A stretch of 64,000 nt of DNA. It comes from the human T2T-CHM13v2.0 reference genome, Homo sapiens. The notes below the pieces were generated by a model, which worked only from the letters and a program-made list of their open reading frames with translations, made no database searches and was not told the origin of the DNA. The translations under genes and the position numbers were made by a program. Within the stretch, counting starts at the first letter, position 1. Each line of letters opens with the position of its first letter. Positions 33,114 through 46,974 of the stretch are shown piece by piece. The DNA lies in assembly GCF_009914755.1 (NCBI RefSeq), contig NC_060933.1. One strand, 5' to 3'.

Positions 33114-33894
33114 GGTACCATGCTTTCTTTGTGGCAGTTTATAAGGTTCATTTTTCTCCCCAGATTGTCACATGGCAAGTGATTGAGATCATTAGCCAAC
33201 TAGGTAAGTTTGTCTTTTGCACAATGAACTTCATCAACTAATGTGCACAGATTCTATCATTCACATAAAAATATATTTGGAAAGTATGATTAATGACATT
33301 AAATTAATCTGAGACACACATTTGTAAATATTTCATCAGCTCTGAAATCAAGATACATGTTATAATTACTGGCTTGCCATATTTAATTGGCAGCATTTAA
33401 AAAAATTTAGTGACACATAAAACAAAGGTGTAACTTATATTCAATATGGTACCATGAAGTGAATTAACTGCAGTGTTAATGTTCTACAAACCTGATTAGA
33501 TCTGACAGATACATTTTTGACTAAATGATCTTAACTACTTGGAGTATTTTCCCCCTGTAATTTATTGAAAGCAAATTCAGAACAAAGTTGTTTTATTATA
33601 TGTTTATCCCAGAAACCTCATATTGATTCTTGATATCAGGTAGGGAAGATTTCTCTTCACATTTATGTGTCACCACCACCCTCCCCACCTAAGACTTGAT
33701 GTCTTTCATCTCCTTTAATCGGGTTTGTGCTCTTCTTGTCCTTTTAGTTTTCAGTTATCTCCATATCACTTCACATGCCCATTCTCCTGCTCTTGCAGCT
33801 ACAAAATCAGTTAGTTTCCTATTTATCTCCCATTTCAGTTATCAGAAAGCTACTTTCTAGTCTTGCCCCTCCTATTTGCTTCACATTTCCTACT

Positions 33895-34010
33895 ATTTTC
33901 TTGATTTGGAAATGGGATTATAAGAAATGCCTTCCCAATGTATCTCAAAGTGTTTTTGTGAAGATGAAGTATGTGAAAACTCATTGAGAAGTATTAAATT
34001 GGATACAAAG
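33895..34010 (+). mobile_element. MIR fragment
   Basis: gaaatgggattataa..tctcaaagtgtttttgtgaagat. Confidence 0.5.
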
Positions 34011-36159
34011 AGACCCAGTCCAGTTATGTTATTTGATATTATTTTGACCGCAACTGCTGTAGATGAGGGACTTAGTTTGAGACACTCCCGCTCACTGCTG
34101 GGATTCAGGCAGGTTTAGGCTTGTTTTGCAAACTGATGAGATATACCTTCAGAAGCCTATTTACAGGGCCAAGGAGCCACCTGAGAAAGATCCTGAGTTA
34201 CATCAGTTCCTGGGGTTCCGACATATGTGGGCATGTCTAATAAACTGATGCATCTGTTCAGTCAGGAACCTGGACACTCAGAAACAGATCTGTCCTACAT
34301 AAGAAGGAGGCTAGCTCGAGTAATTTAACCCAATACCAGTGTCTAGTTGTTGGTGAGGAATAAGAACTCTGAACACAATGTGATGGTAGTCACTCAAATC
34401 TGTCCTTAGTCCTGATTCCTGGAAGCTCTGCCACTAGGACAGCAAAGGTTTTAAGTAAAAATATCCCTCTCAGAAAGTTAACTGCAGTCTGAAGACTAAA
34501 GAAGGTGGAGGACAAGGAGAGGGAGGAAAAGTTCAAACAGCAATTTAGCAAACACCTTAATGTATAGAGAAAGAACATATGCAATTTCAAATGTCGAATC
34601 TCCTCATTTTCCTTCCTACAACCTGGCTGCCTCATATCAGTCTTCCTCACTGTCACAGAGTAATTTTTTTGAAATCAGACTCACTATTTTACTCCCCTGT
34701 TAAATACTCATATGTCTCAGCATTTCCAACCAATTTTCAAATTATTTAGCATGTCATACAAAGCCCATCATAAGCATCATAAGCTGTCCCAGACACATTT
34801 TTTACTCAAAATAAGTATGATACTGAAAAAGGTGAGAAGCATGAAATAATACTAAGCATAAAAACTATAAAAATTGATCCTGTACTATACTAGAACTACG
34901 TAAAACATATTTACACTCAATATAGCCCAAATATAGCCCACATTAAATTTTTTTTTAGATTTCTTGATTCAAACATAAATATTATACCAACATGGCAAAC
35001 CACATATGTCATCATAAATTTTGCTACTTTTAATTCACAGAGGACTTTAGCAAAATAATACTGGCATTATTGTTCACTTTTCATCTTGGATCAATTTGTT
35101 GTGAAAGTGACCTTTTTCCATTGCAATTGTTACCATGAAACACAAAGTAAGATGTGAAACTGCCTCTACCTTAGGCAAAGCTGACTTAATCTTATGAGGA
35201 TGACATGATAAAAGCCTGATAGTTAAAATACCTTTTGTCTTTGTCATTTTTTTCCCCCGCTGAAGTTAATATCATCATTTTTAGAAAAGCTATTTTTATA
35301 TTTGCCTTGTGTTGTTTTAGGATCATTGCTGACTACTGTTATTGTTATTTTAGGTATATGAAGTCTCAAAGTAAAACAGGTTTTTATAATTTTCAAATGT
35401 GACCCCTATATGCAGTTTATTTTATGCTATTGCATATTATAGAAATTAAGATTTTTCACCAAAAATATTACTTTTAATAGAAAGTGTTTATCACATTCAA
35501 CAGCAGTCACTTTTTAATCTTTGTAATGTATCTATACATTTTCAGTGAGTATTTTTTCTATTACATTAAGCTTAGCTATATTGGCAATATGTTTCTTTTA
35601 ACATTCCAAGAATGTTTGCTTATACACTGGGATGTTTGCAAATGTCTACATATAAGCAAAGGGTTATCTACAAATCCAGGTACAAGTTTCAAGACCCCTC
35701 TCTCAGTAACGTGTCAGTCAGAATTTTTTATTTGTTTGAAAGGGAAATAATTATAATGGAAACTAAGCTTCACAAAAATGGTGATTTTTTTTTAAGAATC
35801 TGGGCAGCTCATAAAATGGAAAGAGGGGCCATCTGAGAACCTCCAGAGTCCCCAGAAACCCTCCCTGAGCCGCCCATTCTTCCCCTAGGGAAGGCCTAGT
35901 GACCATTACAGAAGACCCTATCACCTCCCCTTCCCAACTTCCTCAGACAGTTCTCTCCCTCAGTTCCCACCATTATCTTGTAAAGCCTTAAATTCCTCAC
36001 ATCTTTCTGTTGCATCTTTATCAACACTTCCCTATTTCAACTTTCCTCTCCTTTTGCCTAGACTGATAGAATAACCTTCCTACCTTCCTTCTTTTTGAAA
36101 AATTTTCTATGTGATAAGTGAATATTCCCAGCTGATACCGGCATCATCAATAAAATAAT

Positions 36160-36311
36160 TATTTAACTATGTATTTACTGAGTGACTATTATGTAGTGAC
36201 ATTGTGCTGGGACCCAAAGATTAAACAGAAAAATCATAGGTGTTCAATGATACAGAGGATAGAGGTTCAGTGATAGAGAGGAACAGTAATTAAATTCTTA
36301 CACAAAGAGAT
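36160..36311 (-). mobile_element. L2 3' relic
   Basis: tatttactgagtgactattatgt..attgtgctggg. Confidence 0.55.
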
Positions 36312-36725
36312 TGTAGCAGAGCCTGCTACTTGTCCTCCAATATAATTTATTTTGTCTTCCTTGATAAATGAACTTTCATATGGGTATAATGAATACTCCA
36401 TTTCCCAGACTCCCTCATTATTGGAAATTATCACACTATTACAGGAAAGGAGAGTTTGCCCGTCTTGTCTCCTACTCTCTCCCTGCTGGCAGGCATGTGT
36501 AACTGATGGCTATCTAGGATGGCACACAGGAGGACTGTGCCTGTGGGATGGTTGAGTAACAAGATAGAAGCTGTGTCCTTGGATGACCTCATGCATCAAA
36601 GCTGCCCTGCCAGCCCTGGGACAGCCTACCTACAGGCTATTACACTAAGAGCAGTAAGCTTCCTTCTTGTTTAAACCTCTTATTTAAACATTGTTATCTG
36701 AGGTCTGTATTACATAGACTCTAAC
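36312..36725 (+). mobile_element. MLT1J-like MaLR LTR
   Basis: tgtagcagagcctg..atttcccagactccct..aacaagatagaag..ccagccctggg..cttcttgtttaa. Confidence 0.7.
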
Positions 36726-36904
36726 GAGGGGGAGTGTGTGTGTGGGTGTGTGTATATATATATGTACACGAATGTTAGTTTGTATTTACAAACTGTAACT
36801 TTTTGTATTTACAGTCTGCAACTTACAGACTGTAATAAGTTATAGGAAACATTGAAAAGAGGAATCTGATCTACTTAGGAAGATCAAGATGTCAATTCAG
36901 TTAT

Positions 36905-38710
36905 TAAAAAACTGAAGAAGGCACAAATAAATGGAAAGATATCCTATGTTCATGGATTGGATAATTTAATATTGTTAAAATGTCCATACTATCAAAAGCA
37001 ATCTAGATTCAATACAATCCCTATCAAAATTCCAATGTGACTTTTTGCAAAAATAGAAAAAACAATCCTTAAATTTGTGTAGTAATACAAAGACTGCAAA
37101 TAGCTAAAACAGTCTTGAGCAAAAACAATAAAACTGGAGGCATCACACTGCTTGATTTCAAAATATACTACAAAACTGTAATAACCAAAACAGCATGATA
37201 GTGGCATAAAAACAGACACATAGATCAATGAAATAGAATAAAGAATCCAGAAGTAAACCAAAACAGTTACAATAAATTGATTTTTGGCAAAGGTGCCAAA
37301 AGCACACAATGGTGAAAGGACAATGCACTCAGTAAATGGCACTGGAAAACCGGTTATCCACATGCAGAAAGATGAAATAAGGCCCTTATGTTACACTATT
37401 CCCAAAAATCAACTCAAATTGGATTAAAGATCTAAATGTAAAACCTAAAACTATAAAACTACTAGAATAAAACTTAGGGGAAAAGCTCCATAACACTGCT
37501 GTTTGGGCAAGGATTTTTTGGCTATGACCCCAAAAGCTCAGGCAACAAAAGCAAAAATAGACAGATGGGATTGCATCAAACTAAAAACGTTCTGCCCAGC
37601 AACAAAAAAAAAAAAAAAGAATTAACAAATTGAAGAGACAACCCACAGACTGGGAAAAATATTTTGCAAGCTATACATATATCTGTTAAGGGGCTAATAA
37701 CCAAAATACATAAAGAACTCTTTCACTCAATAGTAAACAAATAACTTGATTAAAATATAAGCAAAGGACCTGAATAGACACATCTCAAAAGAAGACATAT
37801 GAATGACCACAGGTTCATGAAAAAAATGCTCAGCACCATCTCATCAGGGAAATGCAAATTAAAACCACAATGTGATATCGCCTTATGCCTGTTAGAATGG
37901 GTTTTATCAAAAAGATGAAAGATAAGTGTTTGCAAGGATATGGACAAAAGGGAACCCTGTACACTGTTAGTGGGAATGTAAGTTAGTGCAGCCATTATGA
38001 AAAACAGTATGGAGGTTCCTCAAAAATCTAAATATAAAACTATCACACAGTCCAGCAATCCCACTTCTGAGAATACATCCAAAGGAATTGAAAGAAATAT
38101 CTCAAAGCGATGTCTGTACTCCCATGTTCAATGCAGCATTATTTACACTAGCTAAGGTATGGAATCAAGTGTCAATCAACTGATGAATGGCTAAAGAAAA
38201 TGTAGTATATTTACACAGTAGAACACAACTCAGCCTCAAAAGAGAATAAAACTCAGTCATTTAGGACAACATAGGTAAATCTACAGGACATGCTAAGTGA
38301 AATAAGCCAGGCACAGAAAGACAAATACTGCATAATCTCAATTATATGTGGAATTGCAAAAAAGTTGAACTCACAGAATTAGAGAGAAGAATGGTGGCTA
38401 TCAGATTCTGGGGTAAGGGAGTGAGGGAATGGGGAGTAAATAACTGGTCAAAGGATACAAAGTTTCAGTTAGACAGGAGGAATAAGTTTTGAGATCTGTT
38501 GCTCAGCAGGGTATGTATAATCGATAATAATGTATTGTATATTTCAAAATAATTAAGAGTAAGTTTCAAATGTATCAATAAAAAAAGTTAAAAAGTAAAG
38601 TGATAGATATGTTGATTAGCTCAATTTAATCATTCCACATTGCATACATATATCAAAACATCACATTGCACTTCATAAATGTAACATAATTATGACTTGT
38701 CTATTAAAAA
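36905..38710 (+). mobile_element. 5'-truncated L1MA (MA5/6-like)
   Basis: ORF2 C-terminus plus L1MA 3'UTR (ggatacaaagtttcagttagacaggaggaataagtt). Confidence 0.9.
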
Positions 38711-38884
38711 TTTGCTTTTACATTTTAAAAACAAAAGAACACATTACAGCAATGTATAGTCTCTGTTAAAGTCCAGGTTAAAACTGCCAGGTGCATTTGA
38801 AGTTTTTTTGAGTATTTTCCATAATGGCAATTTTTCAAAAGGCAATTATTAAAGGTGGAATGTGCAAGCATTAAAGCTATTTTT

Positions 38885-39318
38885 TTAATTACCTAGTGCC
38901 TATGAAGTTCCAGGCACCTTTTTTTCCCCTAGATGTTAGGAATGAATGTACAGTGAACAAAGCAAACTCTTTGTCCTCATAGAGCTTATGCTTTACTGCA
39001 TAAAACAAGCAATCAATCCATCCATAAATGGGTACAAATATAGTAAGTAGTGACAATGCTGAAAAAAAAAGCAGCATAAGAGGAGAGTGACAGGCTGCTG
39101 TCTGAGATAGGGCTGTAAAGGAAGCCCTCTCAGAGGTGGTGGTGCAATTTGGGCACAGACCTGGATGAAGGAAGAGAGTGATGATTTTGGTAATGATCTG
39201 GGGAAAAGATGTCCCAGGAAGAGGAAACGGGCAGTGCAGAGACTCTGCCACAGATATGCAGCTTAAAATGTGAAGGAATAGCAAGAGGACCAGTGGGAAT
39301 GGAGCTGTGTGAGCAGAT
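38885..39318 (-). mobile_element. L2a relic
   Basis: cagtgaacaaagca..tgtcctcatagagctta..tgtcccaggaagaggaaac. Confidence 0.75.
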
Positions 39319-41179
39319 CAGCTTTAAATAACAGAGCTAACGAAACTTCACTGAGCATGTGATTTTTTGTTGGTTCACCTGATTATGATTCACATTTTGC
39401 AATCTTGAAAAAATTGCTTAGAGAAACAGAAGAATACCATAGAGAAGAATATTTTGAGTTTAAACAGATTAGAAATTTAAAACAATGGATTGCTAAATAA
39501 TGTTCAAACTCTGCCTTGACATGTTGCTTACGATTATTATTAAACTCTGCACAAAATATTGTGGCATAGGTTAAATGAAATACATCATTCAACATATAAG
39601 TGTCTTGAGCATCAACCTTCTGTATTTCCTTCTTCCATACCTTTCCAGGTTTTAGTTTGGTTGGTAATAGACACAAGAAGCACATTCTTCCCAATACCGA
39701 GGAAGATGAGTCACCTATTTTCCAGGAGATGATAATAAAGGCAATATTTAGGAGAAAACATATGCATAATGCAATTTCAAGAATTGGGAGACAGAAGTCC
39801 CAGCAGAACCAGTGATAAGGCCAGAGTCCACGGGTGACAATGATTCCAGAGGACTTTGGGAGTAAGAACATGAGCTCTTTCTGCCAACCCTCTCTCACAT
39901 CTCCTTTCTCCTCCTATCAATAACCTTCAGTAAATTAGAGAATTTCCAGATAACAGAAAAGTGGATTTAGCAGAATTCCCTAGCTTCCTATGACATTCAC
40001 AAAATTAAGACTGTTGTGTGGATTTTTAAAATTAGATTTTTAGCATAATCTTTTAATGAAAATGTTTTTAAGAGCCCTCTAGAATAAATATTTCCTGAAA
40101 TATTCTGCCTAGAGAAAGATTTGGGGAAATAGTAGCTGCATACCATATTACTGCCAACACTCTCCACCCTTCTTCTACCTGAAAGCACCTGGAGATCTTA
40201 TGGCAGATTCTTGTTCTTGTGGAATGAGTGATTCAAACGATAGCTCCCATTGTGTTATGAAAGTGCTTCTGTAAGAGATGCAAGCAAAGCACCTTTTCAA
40301 AGGAAAGTCTTTAACTTTCCTTGAAGACTAAGGAAAAGGTGCTTAACCTTAACAGTATGGAAAATTTTTAGGAATAAAACACATTTCGATGCCAAAGTCA
40401 ATAATCTCATCTTGAAATACAAATGGATTAGCATATATTGGTGAATTAATGGAACTTGGGATTTTCATTCTTTAAGAACAGATGGTAAATATGTATTGCC
40501 AGTTCATTCTAGCAACTGGCTCAGTAAACTCCAATGCAGCTCCTTTCAACATCTTACTAAAATATCAAAAGACAGAAAAAAGATAAATGCCTCAAATCAC
40601 ACAGAAATATATAACTATCAGGCAGCCCATAAATTGAAGCCAGTGAACATCATTTGCTGTATTCGGAATTGTTTTTCTAAACCTAGCCCTATCAGTCCTA
40701 CAATTGTTGTCTATTCCTCCAAGATTACAGTGTTAGGCTGCCTATAGTTATATCAGATAGTTTTGTGTTTAGATTCAACTGACACAAAATTCTACTAAGC
40801 CAGTCTTGTTTGCTGAGCCTTCACAATTTACAGGGCAAAGAAGTAGATGCTGCAGAGAGAAACACAGTTGCAGAAAGGCAAGGAGGCACAGTGACTGCCT
40901 GCTCCGTGGAAGATGTCATTTTCTGCTAATTCCACTCCAATGGCAGGAGGCAGAAGCAATGCATGAGAAAGACTCTGGTCAATTATGGCCTCAAGGAGGA
41001 AAGGTCAAGGTTCTACTAATCCTGGAAGGAATAAGCCACAGCACTCAGGATAAATATTTCAGGACTCTGTTATAAACACACTGTAGATTTGAATTCTAGC
41101 CTAAACAAGGAGTTTTCCTAGAAAATGTTTTCTAAATAGTCAAAGTCCTGTAACTTTGTTTTCTAAATATTCAATGTTT

Positions 41180-41460
41180 ATGACTTAGTTTTCATTCTGC
41201 CACCACTTCACTCTGCCAACTTGGCAGGACAAGTTGCTTAAACTCTCAGCATCTTTACAGTTGGAAGTATCAGGTTGCTAAACTTTCCCTAAAGTGTTGG
41301 AAAGACTCTATTATTATAACTGTGTATCCTAAGACAAGTCCTTTAATACCTGTGTTTCTGTTTGCTGACCAATAAAATGTGAATAAGAAACATTTGCTGA
41401 ATTTACCAAGTTTTAGAAAGAATTCAACTAAAATCATAGAAAATGCCTTATAAGATGTAT
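41180..41460 (+). mobile_element. Two adjacent MIR fragments
   Basis: acaagttgcttaaactctc and gacaagtcctttaa..gtttctgtttgct..taaaatg cores. Confidence 0.5.
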
Positions 41461-43710
41461 TTTAGCATTAGGAATACTATTTCTAACAAGAGATTAACTG
41501 CCATCCAATAAGGAATCACAATTCTCTATAACCATAACTTTCCACAAAAACCAATGTTTACACAAAAAAGGCCTTTCCTATAAGTTTTAGTAAAGCAGAA
41601 AACTCGCTTTTTTTCTATCTTTTCAAGTGTTTAAGTGAAGAACATTTAATAATTACAACATTTTTTAAAATGGCAAACTCGTAGAAAGACCTTTTTATAC
41701 ACAGAAGTCATTCTCTAATTCAGAGTTTTCCTGACCACAATGTCAGTTAGGCTATTCATCTGTATTTGGTTATACCTTCAGTTTATTTCACTAGAACCTT
41801 ATCTTTTATTATTTATAGTTCTGTATCATCTGGTCGCTGCCTGAGTGTCTGAAAGGATTAGTGTAAATTGAGTTTTATGAATCAATTTTGGCTGTAAGTG
41901 CTTTAGATTATCTCATAATTCACTTCATGAATGTATTTCCTAATTCACCTATTTGCAAGCTGGAAAATTGTTAAACTGGTTTTCTTAAAGAGATGTGACA
42001 TGGCACAAAGGTGAAATTGATAGGAAAGACATATCAGTAATTGAGACTCTTTGGAAAATGTTTCTTATAGCAAAACAGACACACACATGGAAAATCACAT
42101 TGTCAGTTTTAGCCATTTAGGGGGAAAAGCAACTCACCATTTTAATCAGAAATGTCAATGGTATATGCTTTTACGATAACTTTTGAAATTTCAAGTTCAA
42201 CTGTTATTTGTTGATGTGAATACTGATGTAATACTCATCTCTGTTTCTGTAAAAGGAAAATATGATCCATTTTGCAGATGTCTACCATAGAAAATAAGCT
42301 GCTTTAATAGAAGGGGTGATCCACTGAAAGTTGAGTTAGTCAAGATTAACAAGTAAGCATTTGCCTCCATGAGTGAGTTACTGCATGTCTCACTTTGTTG
42401 ATGTTCTTCATTATACTTATTATCAATTTCATAGGAATATTTAATAACATGAATAAAATATACTGTTCAGAATAAAAGGAAAAGTATCTTTCAAATAAAG
42501 ACAAGATTCAGTCTATAAGATTCATAGATTATGGAATAGAAGGATTAATGAGTGGCATATTGTATTTACATAATGTCCCCTGTTTCAAATCACCTTTTTA
42601 TTTAATCTTTGATTAAAAGATCACAAAATCCCTGTACATGCCTGGTACTTTCCATATGAGAATGTCTTCCAATAAGGAAAACTCATTAAAATATGACTTA
42701 TAAACATAATGTTGATGGGGTTATGCTAACTTCTAACTCAGCTGGGAAACTGCCAACTTAAAATGCAATTATGAAATATAAGCTATAAAACTGACTATGG
42801 TAATGCCAATAATTTGGTAATTACAAGAACATTTGCAAGTGGATACTGAAGAATGTGTTCCAACAATATAGATCAGGGGAGAAGTACTCTGGCTAATAAT
42901 ACTATTCTAGTTCATTATAATTATTTAAGGTATAATTCATAATACATAAAGTAATATAAATCATTCCACTAATTTATTTTGACCCTTTACTTACCAAATA
43001 ACATCATCTGAAATTGATTTTTTTTTTCTTAGTTGTTCCTAAGGCAAAGACGATGCACCAATCAACAACACAAGACTTCTAGGTTACCATTGCTGCAAAT
43101 AGTAACTAATCTATATATTGCTCTATAAAGAGGCTTGTTATCAGTTCACTTAACACAGACTAACCCTCTTCCAAGACAAAAATGTCATCGTGGTGAGTTA
43201 ATAAAGTCAAATTAATTAGAAAGCAAACCCAAGACTGTTTAAGATCTTGGTAAGGACTGACTTTCCCATTGTTGCATTCCCAGACCCTGTGCAAAACAGT
43301 AGAATGGCTTTTACTTATATATTAAAACATATTTTTCTGTATACAAATTATATAAGGGTTTAATAATAACTAAGGAAACTTGAGACATTTAAACTTACTT
43401 TCCTTTATTCACTCTACTTTTTTTTCCATTATTATTTTTATGAAATCATGTACAAATAGCTTAAGATGTAAAATGCAACACAAGGCTACATTTTTTAAAA
43501 AGAAACTGAAATTTTTTATTTTATATTAAGTATTATATTAATATATTAATATATATTTTATATATATTTTAAAACTCTAATTTACTGTGAGATCACAGTA
43601 AAATAATGCTATCATTTAAAATCAAGACACTCCCTGCTATCCTTGGGTGAAATTGCCAAATATTTGTACAATCATTTTTACTTATTTTTCCATGAGCTGG
43701 TTAACAGGAT

Positions 43711-44251
43711 TGTGATGGTTAATATTGAGTGTTAACTTGATTGGATTCAAGGATACAAAGTATTGTTCCTGGGTGTGTCTGTGAGGGTGTTGCCAAAGGA
43801 GATTAACATTTTAGTCAGTGGACTGGGAGAGGCAGACCTACCCTTAATTCAGGTGGGCACCATCTAGCATGAATAGGATAAAAGCAGGCAGAGGAACGTG
43901 GAAGGGCTAGACTGACCCGAGTCTTCTGGCCTCCATCTTTCTCCCATGCTGGATGCTTCCTGCCCTTGAACATCAGACTCCCAAGTTCTTCAGCTGTTGG
44001 ACTCCTGGACTTACACCAATGATTTGTCAGGGGCTCTCAGGCTGTCGGCCACAGACTGAAGGCTACACTATCAGCTTCCCTACTTTTGAGGTGTTCAGAC
44101 TCAGACGAGCTTCCTGGCTTCTCAGCTTAGAGATGGCCTACTGTGGGACTTCACCTTGTGATTGTGTGAGTCAATTCTCCTAATAAACTCCCCTTCATAT
44201 ATTCATCTATCCTATTAGTTCTGTCCCCTCTAGAGAACCCTGACTAATACA
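43711..44251 (+). mobile_element. MLT2A 5' LTR of HERV-L
   Basis: tgtgatggttaat..gagaaccctgactaataca, followed by the PBS region gattttggtaccag. Confidence 0.93.
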
Positions 44252-44265
44252 GATTTTGGTACCAG

Positions 44266-45509
44266 TGATACAGGAGTTATTAAGAAATGATTTTTAGGCA
44301 GATAGTAAGGGTAAATGTTCTCAGTAGAAATTTTCTTGTAATTAGAAACAACCACCCCAACCATCTCTTTTCTTTTTATTATTATTATTATTATTATTAT
44401 ACTTTAAGTTCTGGGATACATGTGCACAACATGCAGGTTTGTTACATAGGTATACATGTGCCATGCTGGTTTGCTGCACCCATCAACTCGTCGTTTACAT
44501 TAGGTATTTCTCCCAGTGCTATTCCTCCCCCAGCCCCCTACCCCCAACAGGCCCCGGTGTGGGATGTTCCCCTCCCTGTGTCCATGTGTTCTCATTGTTC
44601 ACCTCCCACTTATGAGTGAGAACATGCAGTGTTTGATTTTCTGTCCTTGTGATAGTTTGCTGAGAATTATGGCTTCCAGCTTCATCCATGTCCCTGCAAA
44701 GGACATGAACTCTTCCTTTTTTATGGCTGCATAGTATTCCATGGTGTATATGTGCCATGTTTTCTTTCTTCAGTCTATTATTGATGGACATTTTGGTTGG
44801 TTCCAAGTCTTTGCTGTTGTGAATAGTGCCGCAATAAACATACATGTGCATGTGTCTTTATAGTAGCATGATTTATCCTTTGGGTATATACCCAGTAATG
44901 GGATTGCTGGGTCAAGTGGTATTTCTAGTTCTAGATCCTTGAGGAATCACCACACTGTCTTCCACAATCCAACCATCTCTTTTCTAACAGAAAAACCTGC
45001 TTGAAAAGCCTGGCCAGCAAGCTTTGATATGCAAATGCTGGCCTTTAGAAACTGGTTTCACTCAAAATGGTAATTCCCACCACCTTCTCCTTATCACCAG
45101 AGGTACAAAATATCATGGCGACCGCCAGATAACACCATGTGTTTGGAACATAATGGCAACCCACATTTGCATTTTAAAGGGCTAAGGTGGGAGGGCCAGG
45201 TTTTTTGCGGGCTACGTAAATGACACACCTGGTCAAACCAATCCCCTGGGCCCTATGGAAACCAGACACTGCCTCCTCCAGCATCCCAATATAAGCAGCC
45301 ACTTTTCAGCACACACGGAGTTTTCTCTTTGTTCATATCCCCCCTCCCGCTGTCTCTGTATGGCAGAGCTGTTTTCTTCTTCCTTCCTTCTTTCTTGTCT
45401 ATTAAACTTTTCACTCCTTAAAACCACTCTATGTGTGTCTGTGTCATTTTATCTGAACCGGCATGAGACGAAGGACCCTGGTGTTCCTCCAGTCATCGAA
45501 GCTGTGTCA
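44266..45509 (+). mobile_element. ERV1-type solo LTR (MER61/83/84-like) inserted in the HERV-L PBS
   Basis: TG..CA ends, 4-bp TSD ccag (44262-44265 and 45510-45513), attaaa poly(A) signal near the 3' end. Confidence 0.8.
44374..44968 (-). mobile_element. 5'-truncated L1PA6/7 3' end
   Basis: Antisense 3'UTR, (TAA)n tail, 17-bp TSD ccaaccatctcttttct (44357-44373 and 44969-44985). Confidence 0.95.
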
Positions 45510-46880
45510 CCAGGAGCGGTTCTAAAGGAACAGAATTTTATGGATGGATTCCTTTCTGGAGTTGACTGCTTAATATGATTATACCCCAAAATGCTAAGGA
45601 CTCTACTTCTAATAGCATGGAGAACACAGATAGTCCTTGGCATGAACTGTTTAAAGAGTTATGTGAAATAAATGCATTTGATACTCCTGGTTCACTGCTT
45701 GTGAGAGGCAAGGAGTTTAGTGACTCTATACATAATAACTTTGACCATATGTGGAGAACAAAGGAACATAATGAAGCTGGTTGTTTGCTCCTAAGTTCGC
45801 TGGACAAAATGATGTAGGAACACAATAAACTCAGAGATTCTAACTCCCAGCTTCAGAAGCACATACTGAGCCTCAAGTCTCCTAAGACTGCCCTGATTGA
45901 GAGTCCTATCTCTTGTAAAGAAAGAGCTGAAATTGTGGAAAATCAGACACAAGCTCCTACGAGAGTGGCTGACCTTCAATGAAAGGTGCATACACAGCCT
46001 TGCCTGTCTACTGTCTACTGTTAAAGTGAGGGCATTAATTGGAAAAGAATGGGACCCTCCAACTTGGAATGGGGACATGTGGGAAGACCCTGATGAAGCT
46101 GGGGACATTGAGCTTGTAAACTCTGATGAGGCTTTTTTTGCCTGAGGAAACAGCTTCCCCATCCCCAGTGGTGGCAACATCCCCTCCCCAACCCATGCTG
46201 CCATCAGCCTTTCCACCCTTGTCTGAGGAGATTAACCTTGCACTGCCTGAGGCAACAGTGATGGCCTCCCCTGAGGCACTTGCCAGGCAAGACAATGTTG
46301 ATTCTCCTCAGGACCCACCCCAACACCCCTGTTTGCCTCTAGACCTATAACTGGACTAAAGTCCCAGCAGGCCCCTACAGATGAGGTTCAGAATGTGACC
46401 CATGAGGAGGTGTGCTATACTCCAGAAGAACTGCTTGAGTTTTCTAATTTATATTAGCAGAAATCTGGAGAACAGGCATGGAAATGGATATTAAGGGTGT
46501 GGGATAATAGTGAAAGGAACATAAAGTTGGATCTGGCCGAATTTATTGATTTGGGCTCACTAAGCCGGGATTCTGCATTTAATGTTGCAGCTAAGGGAGT
46601 TAAAAAAGGTTCTAATAGTTGATTTGCTTGGTTAGCTGAAATATGGATCGAAAGATGGCCCAAAGTGAGCAAGATGGAAATGCCTGATCTCCCTTGGTTT
46701 AATGTAGAGGAAAGGATAAAAAGGTTTAGGGAGATTGGGATGGTGGAGTAGATTAGTCACCTCAGACCTACACATCCCAGGTGGGAGGGTCCAGAAGACA
46801 TACTCTTCACTAATACTTTGCAAAATAGATTTGCGAGGGGAGCACCTGCATCTTTGAAGAGCTCTGTGATTGCTCTTCTC
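45510..46880 (+). pseudogene. HERV-L internal region: leader and disrupted gag
   Basis: Peptides ENTDSPWHELFKEL, VKVRALIGKEWDP..WNGDMWEDPDEAG and WILRVWDN are typical of ERV-L gag; multiple stops. Confidence 0.88.
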
Positions 46881-46974
46881 TGTGATCATGTGAGTCAATT
46901 CTCCTAATAAACTCCCCTTTACATATTCATTTATTCTTTTAGTTCTGTCCCTTTAGAGGACCCTGACTAATACA
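46881..46974 (+). mobile_element. 3'-terminal remnant of the HERV-L 3' LTR (MLT2A)
   Basis: Repeats 44157-44251 (tgtgat..tgtgagtcaattctcctaataaactcccct..ccctgactaataca). Confidence 0.92.

Noticed and set aside
39383-39898. 171-aa minus-strand ORF in non-repeat DNA
   Set aside because: GTG start, no recognisable domain, composition typical of AT-rich non-coding DNA, no supported exon structure.
45575-46880. Domesticated ERV-L gag gene (Fv1-like)
   Set aside because: Broken into short ORFs by several stops and frameshifts.
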